61,108 nucleotides of DNA from a virus (lineage: Duplodnaviria > Caudoviricetes): IMG/VR virus record IMGVR_UViG_3300046779_001067, positions 1 to 61,108 of that record; one strand, written 5' to 3'. A model generated the notes under the pieces. It saw only the letters and a program-made list of their open reading frames with translations, did no database searches and was not told the DNA's origin. This document shows, in pieces, positions 6,840 through 14,286 of the stretch (its first letter is position 1; each line of letters opens with the position of its first letter). Both the position numbers and the translations under genes were made by a program.

Positions 6840-7100
6840 TAAGAACTACTCGCTACCCCTGCAAAGGATGATTCATCCCGGCGGCAGTTTAGAGTCCGTA
6901 CGCTGTTATTCAGGTCTAGTTTCGCTCTAAGACGGTTGGAATCCGTCAGTAGTTCAAGAGTGTGCTGGTGTAAATAACTTTGGATTGGTAATTGATGCCA
7001 GCACATACAATATTGGTCAAGGTGGTCTAGGTAGGGCTTACTCTTTCACCTATCGAGGGCTTCAATTCCGAGGATACAGATTAGAGTATCTCCAATATTG
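6840..7100 (+). ncRNA. Candidate structured non-coding RNA
   Basis: TGG-TACAAT at 6825-6833. Stems 6843-6850/6948-6955, 6888-6893/6925-6930, 6931-6947, 6961-6971/6995-7005 and 7008-7016/7092-7100. No convincing ORF. Confidence 0.5.
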
Positions 7101-8300
7101 TTAGACTCGTTTATCGAGTTCGTATTGAATACGCTTCTCAGTGATTGCTAAGTATTCTGCGTCAAGCTCACAACCAATAAAGTTCATGCCCTCACGCATT
7201 GCTGCCTTGCCTGTAGTACCACTACCCATAAATGGGTCTAATACCGTACATCCTTTTCTAGTGACCATTCGTACTAGGTAGCACATAAGGTCTGTAGGCT
7301 TAACCGTTGGATGATGGTTAGCAGCTACGCTATCGTTACGTTGATAGGCTGTTTCGTTGCGTGTTTCTCTGCCATCATGTGAGTATTGCTTAGGCTCTAA
7401 GCCTTCTAGCCCTTCGTTACGGTCTTTCTTGTTAGCCTTAGAACAGTAAAAAAACCTAGCTGCTGATGGGTTTTGCGGGAATAACTCTAGTACCTCTTGT
7501 GAGCCATCATGTATGAAATTAGCCCCCCATCTACCTAGTGGATTGGCTGGATTTGCACCTGAAAGGTCACTACTATTCTTCCAGGAATTATCCATTACGC
7601 CACCTCTCTCACGTATCTTATCTACGCCAGTAGATAACTTGACGAAGTCATCTTCATCCATAGGAACACGTGTGGCATCGACGTTAATGGTTCCTGTACC
7701 CCACTCTAATACGTTACTTGCAATTGTACCTTTGATAGGTTTTTGAGCCATAGTAATCATTTCCATAGCTGGTTTTAAGGCTGTCCCCCAGCCTTGCCAA
7801 GCCTTGGCTTCATCAGTAATAGGCTCATATGGCGCAACCGCATTACTGGTCAATTTGTTCTCTTTATCAACGTCAGAGGCTTGATATGTGGACGCTGTAG
7901 GGATTGCTCTACCCCTATTGGGATGCCCAAATGACTTGTCAATAGCACAACTTACGTTGTGTGATTTAGGAAATCCACTTCCATACACCCACGCAATACA
8001 ATCTTTGATGGTGAACCCAGCATCTTCAATATTGACTGCCATACGATGCTGCGTACGGGTACTAGCAAAGCACAAAAGATAGCCACCAGGCTTGAGTACA
8101 CGTAGGCATTCTTGCCATATCTCAACGGAAGGTACGTCATAATCCCACTTCTTGGACATGAACGATATACCGTACGGTGGGTCAGTAACGATAGAGTCTA
8201 TGCTGTTATCTGGATATGTCTTTAGAGTATCTAAACAATTTCCAAGATGTAATTGAAATTTTGGAATATGACCAATTTGTAATTGTGTATGGTCTACCAT
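7101..8300 (-). CDS. DNA N6-adenine/N4-cytosine methyltransferase (beta class)
   Basis: DPPY near the N-terminus; HPTVKP and VLDPFMGSGTTG near the C-terminus. Confidence 0.95.
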   Translation of the reverse strand: MVDHTQLQIGHIPKFQLHLGNCLDTLKTYPDNSIDSIVTDPPYGISFMSKKWDYDVPSVEIWQECLRVLKPGGYLLCFASTRTQHRMAVNIEDAGFTIKDCIAWVYGSGFPKSHNVSCAIDKSFGHPNRGRAIPTASTYQASDVDKENKLTSNAVAPYEPITDEAKAWQGWGTALKPAMEMITMAQKPIKGTIASNVLEWGTGTINVDATRVPMDEDDFVKLSTGVDKIRERGGVMDNSWKNSSDLSGANPANPLGRWGANFIHDGSQEVLELFPQNPSAARFFYCSKANKKDRNEGLEGLEPKQYSHDGRETRNETAYQRNDSVAANHHPTVKPTDLMCYLVRMVTRKGCTVLDPFMGSGTTGKAAMREGMNFIGCELDAEYLAITEKRIQYELDKRV

Positions 8301-8509
8301 ACTGGTTCCTCCACTACAATCCAGTCATCAGCGAAGAAACAGTCAGATGGCAAGGTAAGTGATTCCATTTGAGTCTCTGCTTCAGGGGTCTTGATGACAA
8401 AGCAGTTGAATACTTCTGACCAACGTAATGTCAGCTGGTCACTACCCCAGTGAACACGACTTACAAGTTTGCCGTATGCAATATCTTTGTGTATCTCACC
8501 AAATGTCAT
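8294..8509 (-). CDS. DUF2829/Tad2-like protein
   Basis: MTFGE...GKLVSRVHW...FADDWIVVE pattern. Confidence 0.7.
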   Translation of the reverse strand: MTFGEIHKDIAYGKLVSRVHWGSDQLTLRWSEVFNCFVIKTPEAETQMESLTLPSDCFFADDWIVVEEPVW

Positions 8510-8551
8510 AACACTACCTCTAGGTAATTCTAACCTAGTAAAAGTGTCATG

Positions 8552-8938
8552 TCAACGGAACTTAGATACCTTCTTTGCAATCTCCTTAGGTTGTGCAACA
8601 AACTGCTTGCCAGTTTTGTTGCCCTCTGCTTTTGCTCGATTGGTAGCTGCCTTTTCACCAGGGCTAAGTGCTGACCAAGCCTTATCTGGTAGGTACCGCT
8701 TTTTACCCTCTGAAGGTGTGTTGTCACTAGTACGCCACTTCTGGTCAGTCCACTTTGCAAGGCTATTATCAGACTTCTTTGGACCTTCGTATCCACCGCC
8801 TGAAGTCTTGTATTTTTGTACTGCTAACTGAGCTTTACGAGCCGACCATTCGCCTGAATCACCACCTTTTGATGATGACTTTACGTCATTAACTATCTTA
8901 TTCCAGAGGCTTGGATTTGTCTTTTTAGCGGTACTCAC
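8552..8938 (-). CDS. Conserved basic viral protein (DUF5872-like)
   Basis: GEWSARKAQL...YKTSGGGY...SLAKWTDQKW...RYLP motif. Confidence 0.75.
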   Translation of the reverse strand: MSTAKKTNPSLWNKIVNDVKSSSKGGDSGEWSARKAQLAVQKYKTSGGGYEGPKKSDNSLAKWTDQKWRTSDNTPSEGKKRYLPDKAWSALSPGEKAATNRAKAEGNKTGKQFVAQPKEIAKKVSKFR

Positions 8939-9080
8939 AGGGCATTATTCCTAGTAAAAGTGACCCATTTGTTTGAGCATATTCAGAGGCTTAATGGGTT
9001 CTATGAACTGATTCTATCCTGTTGGAGAAGATAGATTTATCCACTTGATGAATGAATATTTACTAGGCATCCCGATTATT

Positions 9081-9138
9081 GGGGGGTAAGTTTTTTGAGG
9101 GGGGAGGGTCAAGTTTTTTATACCCCTATTAACAAGAA
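9081..9138 (+). promoter_or_regulatory. Intergenic copy of replication-initiator iterons (possible second origin)
   Basis: 9100-9122 is the reverse complement of 53715-53737; 9121-9138 is the reverse complement of 53675-53692. Confidence 0.65.
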
Positions 9139-9215
9139 GATATATATACATACTACGTATGTACATATATATGACGCACGTAGTGATTGTGTTATGATTA
9201 CCCAAGGAAACGACT

Positions 9216-9473
9216 ATGCCATACGTAAACAAAGCCAGACCTTACGACAAGGAATATAAGCAACAGGTTGCTAGGGGTGAACACCCAACTCGTATGGAAA
9301 GACAAAAGGCTCGTAGGGCTATGGATGCTAATGGTGTAGCCCGTAAGGGTAAAGACATCGACCACAAAAAACCTCTTTCAAAGGGTGGTACTAATGCACC
9401 TTCCAATCTACGGTTGGTGAAACCTGCGACTAATCGCAGTTTCAAAAGAAACTCAGATGGTAGTGTCAAGTAA
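9216..9473 (+). CDS. Small HNH endonuclease
   Basis: DIDHKKPLSKGGTNAPSNLR...NR motif. Confidence 0.85.
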   Translation: MPYVNKARPYDKEYKQQVARGEHPTRMERQKARRAMDANGVARKGKDIDHKKPLSKGGTNAPSNLRLVKPATNRSFKRNSDGSVK

Positions 9474-9525
9474 GTGATGTGATACACTGTCATTGATGAC
9501 AAGTTACTGTCAGAGGAGTACAGTG

Positions 9526-9801
9526 ATGAAGATTATTTCCTTTTCAAGGGATTCTGATGCAGAGGTTGTAATCAACCCTAAAGTTGCCGGAACCTACGAT
9601 GTAGCAATCAAAACCGAAGACAGCACTGAAATGGTGTCAGCGGTATCTGCTGGTGAAGCGTGGATGTACATTCGTAACTACGAAGCAAAAGTTCCTATGA
9701 AGATTATGTTAGACTTTGCTGAGTTGGCTATTCGCTCGATGCAAGTTGCAACGCCTTCGTATAAGTTGCTTTTGAATCCTGAGGTTACTGATGCTGAATA
9801 A
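9526..9801 (+). CDS. Hypothetical protein
   Basis: ORF with GAGGAG RBS; overlaps the ssb start. Confidence 0.75.
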   Translation: MKIISFSRDSDAEVVINPKVAGTYDVAIKTEDSTEMVSAVSAGEAWMYIRNYEAKVPMKIMLDFAELAIRSMQVATPSYKLLLNPEVTDAE

Positions 9802-10177
9802 GGCTATTCTTATTGGTCGTTTGGTTGCCGACCCAGAACATCGCCAGACTGGTAGTGGAAAGTCAGTTGCTAACTTGCGTATTGCAGTTGACCGCAAGGG
9901 TCGAGAGAAGGAAACGGACTTCTTTGATGTTACGGCTTGGGGTCAGTCTGCGGACTTTGCTTGCACTTACTTATCTAAGGGTCGCCTTGTGGCTATTGAT
10001 GGTCGTATCCAAGTTCGCTCATACACTGATAAAGAGAACCAGCAACGCAAAGCTTGGGAAATTGTTGCTGATACGATTCAGCCTTTGGACAGTGGAAAGA
10101 CTGGAGGCGGAAGTGAATCGCCTAAGTCAGCTGCTGGTCAATCTGACCTGAACGAGATTGAAGACCCGTTTGCTTAG
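9791..10177 (+). CDS. ssb: Single-stranded DNA-binding protein
   Basis: NKAILIGRLVADPE...YLSKGRLVAIDGRI and acidic DPF tail. Confidence 0.95.
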   Translation: MLNKAILIGRLVADPEHRQTGSGKSVANLRIAVDRKGREKETDFFDVTAWGQSADFACTYLSKGRLVAIDGRIQVRSYTDKENQQRKAWEIVADTIQPLDSGKTGGGSESPKSAAGQSDLNEIEDPFA

Positions 10178-10607
10178 GAACCCACAATCCTAGTGGCGTA
10201 AAGTACGTAAGAGGAATGAAGACGGACAATGCTTCGTCATATTCATTCCTCTTTAATCTTGGACCAGCGAGCCTCGGTTCAAGGTTAGGCATACTTTGCA
10301 CTTCAGCCACGTAATCACCATCAATGAACTCAGTGAGCAGGATAGCGTATCCATTGTAACTTCTCAGGTAGTCCCACTTTGCTTTAGTAATCATTGCATC
10401 TGGGTATGTTCCAAACTTATGAGTACGTTGCTTGAACTCACATATGCCTTTTGATTCCCCAGCTACCCACTCAATATCGTGCCTACACTGCTTGCTAGTG
10501 GTTGATATATCACACTCACCAAATATGCAGAATAGACGGCTTTGCAGTTTGAGTGCTGCATATGCTTCAGCCTGTCGATTGGCGGAGGTTTCAAAAGACT
10601 TGTACAT
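10122..10607 (-). CDS. PD-(D/E)XK nuclease-like protein
   Basis: HD...ICEFKQR motif. Confidence 0.65.
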   Translation of the reverse strand: MYKSFETSANRQAEAYAALKLQSRLFCIFGECDISTTSKQCRHDIEWVAGESKGICEFKQRTHKFGTYPDAMITKAKWDYLRSYNGYAILLTEFIDGDYVAEVQSMPNLEPRLAGPRLKRNEYDEALSVFIPLTYFTPLGLWVPKQTGLQSRSGQIDQQLT

Positions 10608-10628
10608 AAAGGATTCTATAGGTAATCA

Positions 10629-11291
10629 ATGAACGAAGTTAAGACTATATGGAAAACTCCAGATGCTGAGGAACATATTTGTTTCTGTGCAAGAGTCTCA
10701 TCAAGTAAGCAATTTGATAGGACTGAAAAAGAAAACAAACGCCTACTGAAATACTGTATGCGTAATAACCATTGGTCAATCTTTGAAATGGCTAACTGGA
10801 CAATCGGAATAGAGACAACTAGAATGGTTAGCCGTCAGTTCATACGGCATTCAAGTATTCGTGTCCAGGAGTTCAGTCAAAGGTATGCAGAGGTTGATAA
10901 ACCCATTATTGCGCCAACTATGCGTGGCAAGCATCCATACAATCGTCAGTCATCCATTGAGTTGCCAACTGATATGCAAGTTTATGCTGACAGCATTGTT
11001 TCTGATGCAGTTCGCAAGATTCAAGAGTCATATGACCAGTTGATTGAATGTGGCGTAGCCTTTGAAACGGCAAGGGCTATCCTGCCTGAGTGTGCGCCTA
11101 CTAAGTTGTATGCCAACTCATACATCCGTAATTGGATTCACTATATGAACGTACGGCGTGGCAACGGTACGCAAAGCGAGCATGAAGACTTGGCTAACAA
11201 GATATTTGACGAGTTCAAAATACAGTTTCCGTTTATTGCAAGTGTGATGGAAGAGATGAATGAAGAATCGAAGGAGAGTAAAAATGTTTAA
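10629..11291 (+). CDS. thyX: Flavin-dependent thymidylate synthase
   Basis: HWSIFE, RQFIRHSSIRVQEFSQRY and ETARAILP motifs. Confidence 0.95.
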   Translation: MNEVKTIWKTPDAEEHICFCARVSSSKQFDRTEKENKRLLKYCMRNNHWSIFEMANWTIGIETTRMVSRQFIRHSSIRVQEFSQRYAEVDKPIIAPTMRGKHPYNRQSSIELPTDMQVYADSIVSDAVRKIQESYDQLIECGVAFETARAILPECAPTKLYANSYIRNWIHYMNVRRGNGTQSEHEDLANKIFDEFKIQFPFIASVMEEMNEESKESKNV

Positions 11292-11709
11292 CCTACTAGA
11301 TAAGGATGCGGTCATTCCTACTAGGGCTACGTCAGGGTCAGCAGGATTTGACCTGTACGCCACTACAGAGCATATTGTCTATAACGGTGGCATAGCTATT
11401 GTGTCTACTGGTGTGTCTGTAGATATACCTGAAGGACATTACGCTATGGTCTGTTCCCGTTCAGGTCTAGCTGCTAAGTATGGTGTCTTTGTATTGAATG
11501 CACCAGGAATCATTGACTCGGATTACAAGCAGGAAGTAAAGGTAATCCTTTCAAAGGTTCCGGGTAACAACATTGAAGAGCGTGAGTTTGTAATCAACAA
11601 AGGTGACCGCATTGCTCAGTTAGTATTTGCTAAGTGCGATGTAGATATCTTCACCCCAGTGACAAGTGACGCTATTCGTACTGGTGGACTAGGTAGCACA
11701 GGTATCTAG
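11284..11709 (+). CDS. dut: Trimeric dUTPase
   Basis: AGFDL, SRSG, GIIDSDY, GDRIAQL and RTGGLGSTG motifs. Confidence 0.95.
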   Translation: MFNLLDKDAVIPTRATSGSAGFDLYATTEHIVYNGGIAIVSTGVSVDIPEGHYAMVCSRSGLAAKYGVFVLNAPGIIDSDYKQEVKVILSKVPGNNIEEREFVINKGDRIAQLVFAKCDVDIFTPVTSDAIRTGGLGSTGI

Positions 11710-11713
11710 TAGA

Positions 11714-11752
11714 CAAATTAAAAGAGCCAGCTCTGGGAGTAAGCTGGCTCTT
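11714..11752 (-). terminator. Intrinsic terminator (U-tail on minus strand; may also stop dut transcript)
   Basis: AAGAGCCAGCT/AGCTGGCTCTT 11-bp stem; minus-strand tail TTTTAATTT. Confidence 0.85.
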
Positions 11753-11803
11753 CATCATGAAAGGTAGCCTGAATTGAGGTAGGTAGGTAGGTATAACTCA
11801 GAC
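11714..11803 (-). ncRNA. Candidate trans-acting small RNA antisense to the early/middle-gene RBS motif
   Basis: TTGCGG-16-TATACT promoter (11810-11837); 9-bp 5' stem around loop ATACCTACCTACCTACCTC; linker TACCTTTCAT; terminator stem 11722-11752 plus U-rich tail. Confidence 0.75.
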
Positions 11804-11823
11804 AAAAATAGTATACATGATTA

Positions 11824-12051
11824 CTAATTCTCCGCAATACCTGAATTGATATATTCAACGTATTCCAAAGCAACTTTCATCTGAGACCTAGCCGATGTTG
11901 GATAGCCTCTTTTCTTGTAGATGTTTTGCAGATGGTAATGTACCGTACGGGTAGAGATGAGTACTTTATCGCTAATCTCTTTAACTGTCAGTTTATCTAC
12001 AGCCATAAGGTGAAGGATGTACTTCTCTTTTGTTGTGAGGTTGTCAAACAT
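11824..12051 (-). CDS. LuxR/GerE-type helix-turn-helix protein
   Basis: LTTKEKYIL...KEISDKVLISTRTVHYHLQNIYKK. Confidence 0.85.
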   Translation of the reverse strand: MFDNLTTKEKYILHLMAVDKLTVKEISDKVLISTRTVHYHLQNIYKKRGYPTSARSQMKVALEYVEYINSGIAEN

Positions 12052-12403
12052 CTCTTGCTCTCCGTTTCAAAGTGTTGAACTGAGTCTCAGCTTTTGCTTC
12101 ATCTTCATAGAAGTAAATCACGCTTTGAGTTTTACCGTTTGAGTAGTCTTCCCGGTGGAATACAAAGAACGAGTAACTTGGATGCTTAGTGATTGTCCCT
12201 AAGTTACAGATGAGTGTGTGACCCAGACAACGTCCATTGACGCATCCCTCTTCGCAATACTGCTTGCCAATAAACTTCTCTTTCCACTTTGGAGATACGC
12301 CCATAGGTGTTCCGAATGTGCGTTCGTCAAGAAGATTAGCAAGATGAACAATTGCGTTTATGTACAAAGGGTCATCAGTAGATGTGATTAATTTTTGTGC
12401 CAT
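12044..12403 (-). CDS. Hypothetical protein
   Basis: ORF translationally coupled to the HTH gene. Confidence 0.7.
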   Translation of the reverse strand: MAQKLITSTDDPLYINAIVHLANLLDERTFGTPMGVSPKWKEKFIGKQYCEEGCVNGRCLGHTLICNLGTITKHPSYSFFVFHREDYSNGKTQSVIYFYEDEAKAETQFNTLKRRARDV

Positions 12404-12455
12404 ATGATAAGTTTATCAGTTATGTATTAATAGCGTCATACGTTACAATCCGATT

Positions 12456-12704
12456 ATGGGCGTACTGAAGAAATACCAGAATCCTAAGGGTGGGTTGAAT
12501 GCTGCTGGACGAGCGCATTTCAAGAAGACTACTGGTGCTAATTTGAAGCCACCTGCACCTAAGCCTAAAACACCTAAAGATGCTGCAAGACGTAAGTCAT
12601 TTTGTAGCCGTATGGAAGGTATGAAAGCAAAGCGTACGTCTGCAAAAACTGCTTCTGACCCTAATAGCCGTATCAATAAATCGCTAAGAGCCTGGAATTG
12701 TTAG
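12456..12704 (+). CDS. Conserved small basic phage protein (DUF6321-like)
   Basis: NPKGGLNAAGR...RRKSFCSRM...SRINKSLRAWNC. Confidence 0.75.
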   Translation: MGVLKKYQNPKGGLNAAGRAHFKKTTGANLKPPAPKPKTPKDAARRKSFCSRMEGMKAKRTSAKTASDPNSRINKSLRAWNC

Positions 12705-12714
12705 TGAGGTAAGA

Positions 12715-12888
12715 ATGAAAACTAAACCGCATCGTGGATTTAAAGTAGTCCAGGCTGAGATTGCTAAGAAGCAAGGTATCTCTATGAATAGTGCCGGTGC
12801 TATTCTTGCATCAGCTGCTCGTAAGGCAAGCCCTGCTGCTAAGGCTAAGAATCCTAGACTTAAAAAGGTATTGGGAAAGGCTAAATAA
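12715..12888 (+). CDS. Small basic protein (57 aa; below ORF-track cut-off)
   Basis: MKTKPHRGFK...NPRLKKVLGKAK; GAGG RBS; abuts the next ATG. Confidence 0.75.
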   Translation: MKTKPHRGFKVVQAEIAKKQGISMNSAGAILASAARKASPAAKAKNPRLKKVLGKAK

Positions 12889-13161
12889 ATGCTTAATCAG
12901 ATGAACAAGCATATCAATCATCTGTCTTGGGATAAATTGATGGGCATTGAGATGAAAGAGCATAACCTTAAAAGTATGCCTACGATGTCTCAATATCTAC
13001 AGATGGAAAAGCGAGAGCATGACCTAAAAGGTACTCCATCTGCTCGTAGGGTGCTACAGGCTGAGGCTGTTGAACATAGTTCAGAGTCAGGTGGTGTAGT
13101 GATTAGACCGAGTAAAGCACAGGAAAAGAAAGCCTCTGCTGTTTACAGAAAAGGAATGTAA
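12889..13161 (+). CDS. Hypothetical protein with short internal repeats
   Basis: ORF in a tightly packed operon. Confidence 0.7.
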   Translation: MLNQMNKHINHLSWDKLMGIEMKEHNLKSMPTMSQYLQMEKREHDLKGTPSARRVLQAEAVEHSSESGGVVIRPSKAQEKKASAVYRKGM

Positions 13162-13163
13162 TT

Positions 13164-13325
13164 ATGCCAATGGGAATGCCTTATCCAAAGGGCGGGATGT
13201 CGATGTCGAAGATGATGGGTGTTGAGTCCAAGAAGGATAATATGCCTATGAAATCTGAGAAGGCTGACATGAAAAAGGATGGTAAGAAGATGCCAGCCTT
13301 TATGATGAAGGGCAAGAAGAAATAA
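13164..13325 (+). CDS. Met/Lys-rich peptide (53 aa; below ORF-track cut-off)
   Basis: MPMGMPYPKGGMSMSKMMG...MMKGKKK; AAGGA RBS; TAATG overlap with the next gene. Confidence 0.7.
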   Translation: MPMGMPYPKGGMSMSKMMGVESKKDNMPMKSEKADMKKDGKKMPAFMMKGKKK

Positions 13326-13966
13326 TGCCGCAGTCTGGATTAACGGAAGAGCAAGCTTATCGTCTTGCTCAGGAACAATCAAAGGCTAGAAGAGAGGGTA
13401 GACCTATACCACCTGTTCCAGTAAGATTGCCTACACAACGAAAAAATGTTATGAGCGAGGAAGATGCATATCGTCTTGCTCAAGAGCAAACTAAGGCAAG
13501 GAAGGAAGGTAGACCTATCCCGCAACCTCCAGTCAGAACTAGGAATATGAAGCAGGGTATGACTGTTGGAATGGGTAATACAGATAAGTCTGTATTTGGA
13601 CCACCTAAAGCACCTGAATCTGGTGGAGATACTTTAGACTTCATTCGCAAGAATCAAGACACACCATTAGGTAAAGCAGTTGCCTATGGTGTTTCATTGG
13701 TTCAAGAGTCAGTTAAAAAGGGTCAACCTAAAGACCGTTCTGAATACATGAGGCTTTTAGCGGGTTCGGAACAGTTCCGTAAACTTGACCCGGAATCACA
13801 ACAAAAGGCGCGTCTTGGAATGCAACAATGGTTCCAAACGCAGTCTATGTTTAATCCAGTAAAAGCACTTGAGATGAAGAAGCGTCAGGGTAATCAAGAG
13901 CCAAAAGTAAAGATGGATGAAGTTGCAGAAGCAAAGAAAGCTGCTGAAATGATTTCTATCTTTTGA
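13325..13966 (+). CDS. Hypothetical protein with duplicated EExAYRLAQEQxKARxEGRPIP motif
   Basis: ORF; repeat visible in both DNA and protein. Confidence 0.8.
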   Translation: MPQSGLTEEQAYRLAQEQSKARREGRPIPPVPVRLPTQRKNVMSEEDAYRLAQEQTKARKEGRPIPQPPVRTRNMKQGMTVGMGNTDKSVFGPPKAPESGGDTLDFIRKNQDTPLGKAVAYGVSLVQESVKKGQPKDRSEYMRLLAGSEQFRKLDPESQQKARLGMQQWFQTQSMFNPVKALEMKKRQGNQEPKVKMDEVAEAKKAAEMISIF

Positions 13967-13980
13967 TAATGAAGGGAGAT

Positions 13981-14247
13981 TTAATCAACCTGATTAGTTG
14001 TTTCACTGATACTAGAAGCAGCAATAACAATATTGTCAGCAACAGATGTTGATTTAGTAATCTCAAATATCAAGTACCAAAGTGCCTTTTGCAAGTCTTC
14101 TTGCCGAGTGGCACTTTCTTTTTTGCCAGCCCTACCAACGTATTTCAGAACGTTGCCTAGGGAAAAGTTTAATTCCCAGTCAGCAATAACATCTATTGCC
14201 TGAATCTTTCCTTGGCGATAATGCTTTACTACTGGTATATCTGACAT
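13981..14247 (-). CDS. DUF3310 family protein
   Basis: KHY...IQAIDVI...FSLGNVLKYVGRAGKK...EDLQKALWYL. Confidence 0.85.
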   Translation of the reverse strand: MSDIPVVKHYRQGKIQAIDVIADWELNFSLGNVLKYVGRAGKKESATRQEDLQKALWYLIFEITKSTSVADNIVIAASSISETTNQVD

Positions 14248-14286
14248 AGTGAAAGTATACAACGATAAGGGCATCAAGTAAAACAA

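Noticed and set aside
6843-6956. Canonical tRNA or tRNA-Sec gene
   Set aside because: The 8/5 stem arrangement is suggestive, but the length (~113 nt), TTGGAAT loop and absence of D/anticodon arms and CCA do not fit.
8167-8180. TACCGTACGGT palindrome as a further operator (also ~11941)
   Set aside because: Lies in coding sequence (the DPPYG motif here; the HTH gene at 11941) with no promoter context.
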